This document shows, piece by piece, positions 40,753-54,260 of a stretch of DNA of 64,000 nt. The DNA is from Octopus vulgaris (Eukaryota): contig OX597816.1 of NCBI GenBank assembly GCA_951406725.2, positions 179,800,001-179,864,000 of the forward strand. The letters are read 5' to 3'. The translations under genes were made by a program, and so were the position numbers. The notes beneath the pieces are model-generated. The model saw nothing but the letters and a program-made list of their open reading frames with translations, did no database searches and had not been told where the DNA came from. Numbering within the stretch: the stretch's first letter is position 1; each line of letters opens with the position of its first letter.

Positions 40753-43265
40753 TGTTTCTTTATTGGCTACAAGGACCGAACACAAAAGAAATAGGGACAA
40801 TACAATAGAAGGGGCAAATGGGTTGTTGAACAATGCCGTATATACAACAAGTAACAAAATCAATTAACGAAACAGACAATAATAATAATATCAAAAGGGA
40901 TAAGTTCCTCACAGAGACAACCGAGGTACCTCACACATTCTGGTTACCCCGACCACCAAATGCACCTCAGCAGGTACCTTTCTCCTTCTCTTCCTGTTTA
41001 CAAACGAAAGTTCAGAGTAGGCCCATTCAGACGGTCCATCCTCACCACCCACCTTTTAACAAATTTACTGGTGAGCAGAACTTCCCTCTCTACTCTCACT
41101 TTCCTTTTCAAGTGGAACCTGAAAAAGTCGATGGGGGCTTGGCTGAAGAGGAAAGTATCTGTCTTCAGTCCTTTCAATCTCGTCCACTACTCTACATCCT
41201 TTGCTATAGCCGCCAGACAGAGGAAAACTACCTTTCCTTCCCGGCCAAAGGGAGCCGCGGGGCGACCTTCACGATGGAGTTGGTTGATAACCGGATCTGT
41301 CCTACACGCGACAACAGCTGTTTGATAAAACTCAAGTCAGTAATGCGCGGACACTGGACGACTGCATGCAGGACAGGTTCGTTGCCCTGCACACACCTCG
41401 GACATGTCCGTTTGACTGCACTTCCGTGTCTGTAGAACTTGTTTTGAACCGGCAGAGCTCCCCGGTAGCATTGCCAGGTCAGGGATTTCTCGAAGTTATC
41501 TATAGGTCCCAGCTCGAAAATCCTCCGGAAAAGACCAGTTAATTAATCCCTCACGAAACCTAGAGTTTCCTCGAGGGCGTCATCGTCCTCTCCCTCCCCT
41601 AATTCCCTATAGAACTCCACAGTGGAACTTCCACCGAATGGCAGAGAGCTGTGGGCATTTGCCGACACTCCAGGTGCCAAGCGCCCTTTCTTGGTCTACG
41701 CTTGATCCAAGACTGTAGCTTCGTCAATGAGACGAGCTGCGGAAAATCCTGCGTGACAAACAGCGACCACACCCTGCTCATCGTTAAGAAAGAGCTGGAG
41801 ATGTCGCAGAGTCAGCGTGTGTCTGTGCATCATTAATCACGGTATGCCCAGCCCTCCACTCAGCGGCTGTTGACAGCGGACGGACCGCCGGACGAGCGGA
41901 ACACGTCCCTTCCGCAGAAAGCGGAAGAGCAAACGCTCCCCTTGATCAGTCACGAAGCAGGGCAAGCGACGACGGTTAGGCAGTAGTAGATGACGGAAGC
42001 GATGTACGTATTCGCCACCTCCGCCCGACCTTTGAGGGACAGATTTTTCTCTGCCTATTTCTGGGTGAAATTGGCAACACTGCTCGACAACTCCCACCAG
42101 TTCTTGTCCATTTGGATATCTGGACCAAACCAGATCCCGAGCCATTTAATCGGTACCTCCGTGCAGCGCCCTACAACGCTGTCGGTTGGCATGGACCTGC
42201 CTCTCCAGGAGCCAAGCTGCAGGCCCACCGACTTGTCCTCATTAATTTTTGCTCCTGTCACCGCTTCGTACTCCCTTAGGATAGTGCCGACCATCTCGAT
42301 TTCTGAGATGTCCTCCACTATCACGGTGACGTCGTCCGCATACGCTGACACGAACCTTCCGCATCCTAGAACACGCGGGATGCCCCTCGAAATATCCAAC
42401 TTCCTTTGTAATGGCTCGAGACCCAGCACGTACAGAAGGGGAGAGAGTGGGCATTCTTGACAGACCGAACGTGCAATACTAAATGATTCCGATAGGTGGC
42501 TGTTTATTTTGACCACTATACAGATGTCACTGTACATTGCAACCATTCAGCCTCTGAAAATGGGACTGAAACCGGCCGCTGCGAAGACAGCCTCCAGGTA
42601 CTGGTGGTCGACCCTGTCAAAAGCTTTTGATTGATCCAAATTAAATCAGGGCGCCACCCATGCCAGGTTCCTTCCCTACCCTCTTTATGATGCATCGTGT
42701 GAGGTGGAGATTGTCATGGATAGATCCTTTCGGGATAGCGCATATCTATGCGTTACCAACCAGCTTATCGACGACAAGCTTCAACCTCTTTACTAACACC
42801 TTGGCCAAACTCTTATAATCTGCATTCAGCAAAGTTACGGGTCTAAAATTATCGAATTGGTCCCTCTTGTTCGGGTCCTTTCTCAGCAGCATCACCACAC
42901 CACGGCTCACAGCACTGGGTATTCTCTCGTTCTGTTGCCAGTTGTGGTAGACATCTGCTTGGATTCTTCTAGAATATGCTGGACGGTTGTTGATGATTGC
43001 ACCCACCAACTACTGATGGAGTAGCTTGCTAACCCAGTTTCTCAATGCTTGACGTGCAACCTTCATGCTTGGTGTTGAAGAATTGGTTCAGAACCAATCT
43101 CGCTGCCAGTCCATCGGTAGCTATGCCTCTATTAAGTGCCTCTTCTAATTTCCTAACTATATCTCCCTCTACTTTAGTTTTCTCTATCGCCGTACTGCCT
43201 CGCTCTCGCAATGTGGTGGATATCCTGCCATATGTCTTTCAGGTATTTTCCCACCTTGGTCGCCT
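40753..43265 (-). mobile_element. Tx1/L1-like LINE, ~2.5 kb, RT domain with frameshifts and deletions
   Basis: NFRPVTLLNADYKSLAKVL, LDQSKAFDRVDH, SVCQECPLSPLLYVLGLEPL, SAYADDVTV, KWLGIWFG; C-terminus homologous to 23863-24669; ends GCCAATAAAGAAAC(ATT)n. Confidence 0.93.
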
Positions 43266-43575
43266 TTAGAATTTCCGAGTTTCTTTGTCTTTGTGTTCCC
43301 GCACCCGTAGACAACTGTCCGTTTGACTGTTTCTTCAAACACATCGCTTGAAGGCGTCAATTCTGCTCTCCTTCCATTCATTTTCATATATTTTGCTGCC
43401 TAGTTTATTATTTTTTTTATTTTGTTCTCCTATGAAATGTTCTCCAATGAGATGTTATGCTGCCGTGATATTTGCAAAAGTCTCTTTCCATTTTTGTTAG
43501 ATTCTTCGCGACAGTTGCTTTCAACGTTGTTCTTCGTGCTACTACAATTTCCATTTAGTGAGGAAGATTTTACTC

Positions 43576-43763
43576 CTTCTTTCTTCTTCTTCTTCTTCTT
43601 CTTCTTCTTCTTCTTCTTCTTCTTCTTCTTCTTCTTCTTCTTCTTCTTCTTCTTCTTCTTCTTCTTCTTCTTCTTCTTCTTCTTCTTCTTCTTCTCCTTC
43701 TTCTTCTTCTTCTTCTTCTTCTTCTTCTTCTTCTTCTTCTTCTTCTTCTTCTTCTTCTTCTTC
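43576..43763. repeat. (TTC)n microsatellite
   Basis: Directly visible. Confidence 0.97.
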
Positions 43764-44096
43764 CTGATGCCTACTACCAATCATGGTGGGGAGAACGAGG
43801 AGGTCCTCGTGCAAATTGCCGTTCCATCTTCTTTTCGCACTCCCGCTTTTTGTCGCCATCTTCAATGTTTACTTTCTTCGAAGCAAATTTTCGGAGAAAT
43901 TTGAAAACAAAAAGGTTTGTATCTCTCACAGAATGGTTGACAAACGTCAGCTCCACCAGGCGGGCAGCTGGCTTGCAAAACGATTTAAACAGCAAAATAC
44001 AGGAGATGATAGAACCTTTTAAACAAATGAATTAGTCATAAACTTACAGCGCTCCAAAAGCACACCTCCAGCTATGGCGATAATAATAGCAGCAGC

Positions 44097-44154
<58 letters not shown>

Positions 44155-44198
44155 ATAATAATAATAATAACAACAATAATGATGATAATTATAATAAC

Positions 44199-44231
<33 letters not shown>

Positions 44232-44246
44232 AATAATAATAATAAT

Positions 44247-44520
44247 CCTTTCTAATATAGGGGCGAGGCCTGAAATTTTGAGGGAGGGGTTAGTCGATTA
44301 CATCTACCCCAGTTCTCAATTGCTAGTTATTTCAAGTATACCGAATGGACGAAAGCAACGTCGACCTCTACGAAACAGATGCTTTCATATCTAGGCTCAA
44401 GGCCAGCTATTTTTGTGGAGTTTGTGATAAGTTGATACAATCGCTTTCATTAGTTGACTGATATATTTCGTTAGTTCCGAAGGTATGACAAGGTTAACCT
44501 TGGTGGAATTTGAAGTTAAG
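44247..44520 (-). mobile_element. Two degenerate SINE family A 3' units
   Basis: AGGCCTGAAATTTTG..TAGTCGATTACATC.ACCCCAG..GTCGACCTC is the reverse complement of the family A tail. Confidence 0.75.
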
Positions 44521-45203
44521 ACAAAGAAATTAATTCACCCATAGCCATCAGCATGTATGTGTGTGCGTGCATGTGTGTACGTGTATGGTGTGAGTGTGTG
44601 TGTGTGTGTGTGGGTGTGTGGGTGTGTGTGTGTGGGTGGGTGTGTGTGTCTGAGCGAGTTTTTAGACATGTATGGATACATGGATTATGACAGCCTTTTT
44701 TGAAACTACTAACTTTAATCTATAACAACATCAAAAATCTCCCTCGTTTGATAATACTTGTGTCGTTGCTATGGTTGTTTAAACCCTTTTTTTATGATTG
44801 GGCAGACGGGCGATGGAAATGAGTTTTTCTTAGCAATGAAGTTACGTAGTATCTTTTAACCTTTCTTGTTAATGAGGGTAGGGTTTGGTTTGAGGTTTTT
44901 GGTTTACTATATCTACTAGGTCGAACAACATGTAAGAGGTTTCGCCGTTAGTTCGGTTATATTCTTGTTATAAATACTTGCACTAGTCTTACACAGACAA
45001 CAATCTATTCTCCGCCATTTCTATGATTAATTCAAATCGGCCAGCTCACAATCTAGCTTTTATGTCGCCTATGTTTGCAGCTATAAAAAAGACAGAACAA
45101 AACGGTGGTTTCAGGCCATAAATAAACAGAGAAAATGGACGCAATAGTCATGCAGTGATAGCAAGAAATAAAGGAAAAAGAATATTTACCAGCACGTATA
45201 TAC

Positions 45204-45248
<45 letters not shown>

Positions 45249-45272
45249 AACTTAAGCATATGCACATGCATA

Positions 45273-45328
<56 letters not shown>

Positions 45329-45669
45329 CATACATACATATATTTATATTTGAATATATATATTTCATGTATATATACATATACACACATAAATGTATAA
45401 AAACACACACACACATATTTATATATGTATATATATACATATATATATATATATACACACACATACATATATATGTATATAGGCATATGGATATATATAT
45501 GTACACATAAAGTTAAGCATATGCACATACATATGCATATATATATATATTCTTTTATTCTCTTTTGTTTCAGTTATTTGACAGCGGCCATGCTGGAACA
45601 CCAACCCAGGACTTATTGTTTGTAAGACTAGTACTTATTCCACCGGTCTCTTTTGCTAGACAGCTATGT

Positions 45670-45721
<52 letters not shown>

Positions 45722-46600
45722 ATGGTTATATGCCAACATAACGTAGCAGTCCTTTAAAGGACGATGCTACTGTTGATTAAGCCTCAGGAAAACATCCTTT
45801 CCTGCTGTCTATCGACGCACAGTTTGTGTCCGTATATAGCATTTCCAAGAGAGATCACCGCTCCCATCTCTAGCCTTACGAGATTCTCATTGAACTAGGT
45901 TTCTGAATGTTATCCGTCCTCAGTGTGAGATAACCACCAGCTAGTGACGGAAGCTATCTCCACTCGCAAACACTATATATTCTTTAAGCGACATATAGTC
46001 GCTGATCTCGTATCGAGAAAAAAACGTGTGTGTGTGTGAATAAGAGAGACAGATAGAGATAGTGTGTGAGATAGTGAGAGAGAGACAGACAGAGGGAGAG
46101 AGGAAGCATAATGTGATGGATTTGGACGCTGCTCTAGTTACTCGCATTGGTATCGAACAGAATCGCATGAGAGCTGTCCGAGCGTAAATCTTCAGTTTAA
46201 ATAAACAGTCATTTGTTTATTGAAGAACCGTTAGATGCAATAAACTTGGCAATAGAGTATGTATCTGATGGTGGCTACATGTATTTGATGACAGGGCTGG
46301 ATTATATGTATGAGCATATGAACACACTCTACAAAACTGAATATATAAACACACACTCTCTTATGTATATCATGACCGTTATATGATCTTCTCTTCTCAT
46401 TTGGACTTGGTCCCAATTGCGATCAAATAATTGTGCTTCGTTCTCTGGAAACGGAGATAATTTCAATAAATAATGAGTTTAAACAGTTCTATATTTAAGA
46501 GATGGGGAATTATGTACATTATTAACATTATTTACATTATTTACATTTGACAGATATTTGTCCTTATCTTGTTTGTTGTTAACGTTTCGGCTGATATACC

Positions 46601-46850
46601 TATTTCTTTATTACCCACAAGGGGCTAAACACAGAGGGGACAAACAAGGACAGACATAGGTATTAAGTCGATTACATCGACCCCAGTGCGTAACTGGTAC
46701 TTAATTTATCGACCCCGAAAGGATGAAAGGCAAAGTCGACCTCGGCGGAATTTGAACTCACAACGTAACGCAGACGAAATACCGCTAAGCATTTCGCCCG
46801 GCGTGCTAACGTTTCTGCCAGCTCGCCGCGTATGCCAGCTCGTCCCCCCC
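46601..46850 (-). mobile_element. Young SINE family A inserted in the left module
   Basis: Near-consensus reverse complement of 63464-63680. Confidence 0.93.
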
Positions 46851-46945
46851 CCCTCCACAGCTTTCATCCGGTGTCATGGAAAAATTTCGAACCTGGGTTC
46901 TCATTCGTAAGGTATTTTTCGATGTTATTATTATTATTATTATTA

Positions 46946-47004
<59 letters not shown>

Positions 47005-47010
47005 CAGTGA

Positions 47011-47043
<33 letters not shown>

Positions 47044-47048
<5 letters not shown>

Positions 47049-47603
47049 GCCCTGATGCAGTACCAGGCAGTGGCTCTCATGGCTTCTGATCTTAACTGAT
47101 TGGAAGTGTTATCATGTACATTGTTTTGTCTTGGTATAAAAGATGGGCTACAGCAAATATTCTGCTCAATACCACAGATTTGCTTGTCAGTTGTTTGACC
47201 TTAACCAGTTGAGCATGTCCCTTAGTGGCTGACGATATGTGCATCTCTGATCACGAGCAGAAGTAGTGGGGGAGCATCATAGCCATGTGTTGAGAGGGAT
47301 TCTTTGGGGTTTGTATAATTCACCTCTGGAAACATAGGTGTTTCGTTCAACATCCTAAAGCAACCCTTATTCAGGGACCGTTTGAGCAGGATGGGCTACT
47401 CAACCTGAAGAAAATTCTAACTGGGCCCCACCTGCAAGGTCATGTGCTGTTTATCTTGATATGAGATCACCATGTCGCGCACATATGGTTGTGATGCATG
47501 TGCCTGGTGTACCTTTATCAGACGGGTAGTCATGATGGGTATACTGGGCTTCGTATATTTTACCCCAGTGTCACTTTGATGGCATGAACTGCTCTCTCAC
47601 TCA
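47044..47603. mobile_element. ~560-bp non-coding interspersed element inserted in (AAT)n
   Basis: Flanked by AAT repeats on both sides; partial copies at 25404-25602 and, inverted, 51108-51275. Confidence 0.88.
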
Positions 47604-47620
47604 ATAATAATAATAATAAC

Positions 47621-47720
<100 letters not shown>

Positions 47721-47998
47721 TCGAAAAATACCTTAGGAATGAGAACCCAGGTTCGAAATTTCCCCGCGACACCGGATGAAGGCTGGAGGGAGGGGAGGAT
47801 ATCAGCCGAAACGTTAACAACAAACAAGATAAGGACAAATATCTGTCGAATGTAAATAATGTAAATAATGTTCAAGAGGTTATCTTACATATTTAATATA
47901 TCATACTCTATCTATCTATCTATCTGTCTGTCAATCCGTCTGTGTGTCTGTGTGTCTGTGTGTCTGTGTGTCTGTCTGCCTGTCTGTTTGTCCGTCTG

Positions 47999-48029
<31 letters not shown>

Positions 48030-48339
48030 CTCTGTTGTCTCCCTGTCTCTCTGTCTCTCTATCTGTCTGTTTATCTGTTTGTTTATCTCTCTCTCTCTGT
48101 CCGTATATCAGTCTATCCATCTATCTACCTATCTATGTATCTGTACACGCACACACACATACACACATACACACACACATCCGCGTATGCATCTTCCATC
48201 GAAAATATTTGACACTGGACGACCTTCGGAGTTCGGAATGGTTGCATACTTGCATTTATGAAATGAGCTCCGAGCGGAATGATCTCCAAGCCTAAGCACG
48301 TATTTCATTAACTATTTGTATAATACAGCTTATATATAT

Positions 48340-49564
48340 ATTTGGGTTCTTGATTGGTCGCTTGATGAGATCTGAGCCATTGATGTGAAAACCCGAGAAA
48401 TACTAACAAACACACACAATTTCCACATAAACAGTGACGTAGACTGCCTCTACCTAAAATGAAAACAATGCGGAAGAGGCTTAACATCGACCCACAATGC
48501 CTTTGAATGTCGTATCATATTCCTTCGGCAACATCCTTTAACCACCAGGTATCGAAGTGCATCCCTTGACCAAGTTTGCATTTATGAGGCTAATAACACC
48601 ATATGACTTGGAAGGCAGCTACTTGAGCAACACTCTTTGTCTGATAACTTAGAATACATGCCCAAAGACGTTGCGCAACTCTACTGCAACGAATCATCAA
48701 ATGAATGGATGAGCCTATATGAGCAGAAGACTATTCATAGATATGTTACTAGAAAGCTCCGTGATCGATAGTAACATCGATCATCAATAATATCCGTATT
48801 ACTACCTCCCACTTTGAAGGGTATGCGTTTGCAATCCAGGAACAGGAAATATCACAAAAGGGATAGAGATGCAGCAAAAGCCATAAAGTGTGGCAACCGA
48901 TGCAGACTGTGTAGTGTTCACACTGAAGATATCACCCACATCATAAGCAGTTGTCCGAAAATATCATCACGATATTATCAACCGGTGAGACTTGACGTTA
49001 TAACTACGACGCGCTATATTGCAATCTGTCGGAAGGATTACCCCAAGGACAAAGAAATAAGAACCCATAGTATGGCAGAAGCCATAGCCACTCATAATAA
49101 AAAGGAATACTGGTGGAATGAACCAGTGAAGACCTCAATAAAATGTAAACACAACAGACCTGATATAATGATTTGGGATAGAGAAAAGAAACTGTGCACA
49201 GTTGTGGAAATTAGCTGCCCAGTGGATGTTAACATAATGCTGAAGATCAGTGAAAAAGAGAACACTTATGCTAAACTATTGAGAAATCTACAGTTACTCT
49301 ATCTAGATTAAAAGTTCAGGTTTATACTTGTAATTATTAGGGCCCTGGGATATGTAACACACTGCCTAAATACCAATCTTGTGAAACTCGAAGACTACAG
49401 GTCCAATCCATCAATGGATCTGTAAACATCTGTGAAACTTTCCAGAAGTTTATCATTTAAATATATTTGAGCATGTCTAGATTATGCAACTATATGCATG
49501 AGAATACATACATACATACATACATACATACATACATACATACATACATACATACATACATACA

Positions 49565-49598
<34 letters not shown>

Positions 49599-49915
49599 CA
49601 TGCATGCTTGCATACATACATACATACATACATACATACATACATACATACATACATACATACATACAAACAAACAAAAATATGCTGTTGTTGATGCTGA
49701 AATTCCAATGAAGGAGCATTGGATCCAGGTTAGAGACCAGTTCTTTCTCTGTTGGGAAGAAATCTTGAAATAAACTGAATAATGACATACATGCATGCAA
49801 AAATACGCTGTCGATGTTGTCGAAATTTAAATGAAGGCGCCTTGGGTCTAAGTTAGAAACCGGTTCTTTCTCTATTGGCAAGAACTCTCGAAATAAAACT
49901 GCATAATGACATACA
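48340..49915 (+). mobile_element. R4/Dong-like LINE 3' portion: CCHC knuckle, RLE endonuclease, (CATA)n-containing 3' UTR and duplicated terminal module
   Basis: IDVKTREILT..FHINSDVDCLYL...GRGL, FEGYAFAIQEQEI, CRLCSVHTEDITHIISSC, NRPDIMIWD..VVEISCP..EKENTY. Confidence 0.92.
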
Positions 49916-51107
49916 CATGTACATTTTCTGTACAGACACAAGTACCACCGTTTGGGATACTTGGGTTTTGAAACCCGCTCTATAGATATTAAATCAAATT
50001 GTGTATGTTTCTAAGTTCAGGCGGAAACTTCAACATATGTTAAGAAAAAGGCGCTTGTTTTTTTTTTTACTAGAAAAAAGAAAGAGTCGGAGTATTTTTT
50101 AAAACTAGTTCAGACAGACTTTGAGTATTGTATGAAATTACTTGGACTGCATTTGTTAAATATCAGAAGCAAAATTAGATATATCAGCCAAATCCTAAAA
50201 AGTGAAAAGAACATTTTCCAGATCCATAGTGAACTCAAGACCTGTTCACTTCCCACTGCTCCCTGTGATTTTCTCAGTACTTCAACGAATACCTGGAAGA
50301 GCAACATTCCACTTACTACAGAAAAGGATTATTCATGGTTATGTCTGCTATGATGGTGAGAAAGACGATAATATTGATTTCAAATTTTGGCACAAAAGAT
50401 AGAAAAACTTAGCAGCATAGAAAGATGATAATATTAGCGTGAAATATAGCTTCTGTTGGACTTGCCACTGTTATAGCATATCTCACATCAAAATTCCAGG
50501 GCAGAAAAAGGCTACGGTGTAACTAACCAACAAAAGAGAGACTGAAGCCTTTTCACTGTTGTATGAAAGTACTCGGACTGCTACCTAAATATGTCACATT
50601 TCTCTGGGAATCATTGAGTAGTCGCCCACCTCCTTCCAGTCATAGTCTTACCTCTCATAACGACATGATGTTGCTAAAACATCAAGTCGCAACGGGAGAA
50701 ATAAGTAAGCCTGCCATGGAATAAATATAGGCAATATTCCCGTTAATGAATATATACTAATTAATACAAGGAATATTAATGGAATATTTCAATAAAAACT
50801 TCTGCCAAGTGCAAACATAACAGGATGGATATAATTATTTGAGACAGAAAAGAAAAATCGGGCGTATAGAGGTCAGCTGCACTCTAGCTGTGAACATGTT
50901 TTTCAAAATCAGTAATGATGAGAATATTTATGGATAAGTGGTTCCAAAACATTAGAATCACTATGATTATAAATCGCCATCGATACCAATAACACTACGT
51001 AACACAGCTTTTGTTCATTAGTAGTGACTGTTATTTCCTACTTGCTTATCCTTAGAAAGTTTGAAAAATGGTAAATACTTCCTTCAAATTTTGCTTTTCT
51101 CATATTT

Positions 51108-51275
51108 ATTCAAACCTCCAAAGGGTTCCTCGCAACATATGGCTATGATGCTCCCAGCCACTACTCCTGCTCATGATCAGAGATGCACATATCGTCAGCC
51201 ACTAAGGGACATGCTCAAGTAGTTTAAGGTCAAGCAACTGATAAGCAAATCTGTGGTATTGAGCAGAACATTTGA
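51108..51275. mobile_element. Inverted fragment of the ~560-bp element
   Basis: Reverse complement of ~47153-47320. Confidence 0.88.
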
Positions 51276-52610
51276 TATAATGATATCTCTGCTTCAGCAA
51301 CTCAGCAAATCTGAGTGAAATGTAATGGGAAATAGGTCAGTTTCAAAACATTGATGTCCAGGTAAACAAGAGCAAAGTTTGAAGGGAACGGTAGTAATTT
51401 CCTTTGATTTCTAGGTAGAAGCAAATAGGAAATAACGCTTACTGACCAAAGACAAAAACAGAAAAAGATGTGACACGGTGTAATTATTGGTAATCTTGGC
51501 TTTGTTACTAAATATCTAAGAGGCAACCTATTAAAATTAGTTTTTTCAGTTAAAGAAAGTGCTTAGCTAACATGCAACGAACATGCAACGAAAGTGATCA
51601 GCTCACATACTAACAAAACAATAAAATTATGCAAGACTTTTTAAAACAAATTAACATGCATCACATATTTCTGAGTGGAGTTTAGTTTCTCCTTTGAATT
51701 GCCTTTTTTCTTAACAGGACAATACAATTGATTATAATTTTAAGAAAAGCTAATGCATACATACATTCATATATACATACATGATGATTGCCTCATCTTC
51801 TCAGATGATAGCCGTCTCATATTTCACCGTATTATTCTGATTTATTTTCATCCTTGCATATCCGCGGATATGACTTTTCACGCCACGCATCCATTGCCAT
51901 GTGACCCTATAAAACAGAAAAGGGATCCAAAAATTAAATGACAATACCCGTCCAACAGCATTACGGCAACCTCCGTCTTCGTCACTACCATCATCTTCTT
52001 AACGTCATCAGCATCATCTCTAGGTACACAGCTCAACAAGTAATCCACCCAGTAATCCACAAAGCATTGTTCGTGAATTACTTCACTATGGATCAACAGC
52101 GAATACACAACCTGCGAGAACTCCTGTACCAAGTGACCCAAGCAGTAACATTACAGCCACAACTTCACGTATGACATGTACCGCAACTGGCTCAGCATCA
52201 TGGCCACAACTTCTTGATACAGTATTTCAATTACCATGTACAATTGACTAGAAACTGGTATTTATCATTCTTGTATGTCATCGGATTTAAGTGACAAAAA
52301 CTTGTACAACACTTTTGTCACCCTCTCGGTTGCCATAGTAAGTTCCAGTGGCAAGCATTACGAGATGTCTGGCAAGAGATCTGTAAGATGACTGCAAACT
52401 TTATGCAAGAGTATTTTTCCTACGGCCTTGTCAAAAAACAAGAAGAACCTTCTCTACTCTGAAAGATCTATTTAACCCACAAATTGAACCCAGACAAGTA
52501 CTATTGTTCCGGCTGGAATGGTAATTAAGGGGTGACACCACTCTCCACACTACTCCAAAACCCCCAAACTTATCATTGGATGCAGTTTAATATCATACCC
52601 AAGATATACA

Positions 52611-52830
52611 TGCGATGGGATACTGAAAAGTACTTGGTTTTAAGGGTGTCGAGAAAGGCCTGGTGGGGGCCCTATCTTGCGAGTTCTTTTACAAGGCTTA
52701 GAAAAACTGAAGCACTGCTACAATAAGTGTGTGAATCTGAGAGGGGATTATGTTAAATAAAATCATAATTAACTGATCCTTCTGTATTTTCTTTTCCTCA
52801 AAACCGGGAAATTTTCAGCACATGCATATA
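52611..52830. mobile_element. Mariner-derived MITE, inverted relative to 21917-22128
   Basis: CTTAGAAAAACTGAAG..AATAAGTGTGTGAATCTGAGAGGGGA..TAATTAACTGATCCT; TIR GATACTGAAAAGT. Confidence 0.85.
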
Positions 52831-53289
52831 TATATGTACATGCATACATACATACATACATACATACATACATACATACATACATACATACATACATAAA
52901 TACATACATAGATACATACATACATACATACATGCATACATACATACATACATACATACATACATACATAAATACATACATAGATACATACATACATACA
53001 TACATACATACATACATACATACATACATACATACATACATACATACATACATACATACATACATAAAAATAAATACATACACAATGGCGACAATTAGTG
53101 ATCGTTATTGAACCGGACAAAATACTTTGCAGTTTTTGTTTAAACACTTTATGTTTAAATACTTTTTGTTTAAATACTTTTATGTTATTTGTCCCGCTAG
53201 TATTAAAAAAAAAAGTAAACTTGTATGGAGGTTGATTACGTTGTTTATGTCACCCCAGTCACCAAATCTTTCGTGCCTTTGTTGTCGCT

Positions 53290-53323
<34 letters not shown>

Positions 53324-53414
53324 TGTATGTATGTATGTATGTATGTATGTATGTATGTATGTATGTATGTATGTATGTATGTATGTATGTATGTACGTAC
53401 GTATATGTGTTTGT

Positions 53415-53630
53415 GTGCCTGTTTTTGTGTGTTTGTCCCTCCATTCATCACCACTTGAAACCGGTGTTGGCGTGTTTACGTCCCCGTAACTTAACGGGTC
53501 GGTAGAAGAGACCGATAGAATAAGTAAAAGGCTTACAAAAATAAATCCTGGGGTCGGTTTGACTAAAACCCTTCAGTCGGTGCTCCAGCATAGCTGCAGA
53601 CAAATATCTGCAACAAGTAAACAAATAAAA
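53415..53630 (+). mobile_element. SINE family B, 3' half
   Basis: GTGTTTACGTCCCCGTAACTTA..GACCGATAGAATAAGTA..GCTCCAGCAT. Confidence 0.85.
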
Positions 53631-54260
53631 GAATATATATAAATATAAGACATATATATACATACATATATATGTATAGATTTATGTGGTGTGTATATAT
53701 ACATATATATGTGTATATGTATGTATGAATATATATATATATATATATATAGGTATATATAGTTATGTATGTGTATATTGATATGTATATATATATGTAT
53801 ATACATACTTACAGAATATAAAACAGATATTTTTAGTGAGAGTTGTTAATGGTCGTGTCAAACTTTCAACATATAAAGTGATCGATCAAACAGGATACTA
53901 AGGTTTGTAGAATGAGTAGAAAGGGGATTCTGTGGAAGTTCAATAAGGATATCAATGAATGAACTGCAGAAGGAGTGAGAAACTGGATAATACGATGGCT
54001 TTGACCGGATTTGTTTGGTACTCTGAACCCTATATTACTAAACATAAGGATTTCTTAATTACTAACAAAACTAAGAGACTTAGATTTGTGATTGCAACAC
54101 AATTCTGGGTCTCGTTTGTTTTTTTGTTTACTTGTTTTGGAGGATGCTGTGCCCAAGGGTTCTCAGGTTCTCAGAGACTTGTGAAGTTGATAGCGTTAAC
54201 GTTTTTCTGAAATAATTGTAAATTGACGGCTACCGGAAAAATATCGTGCAGGAATGAATT

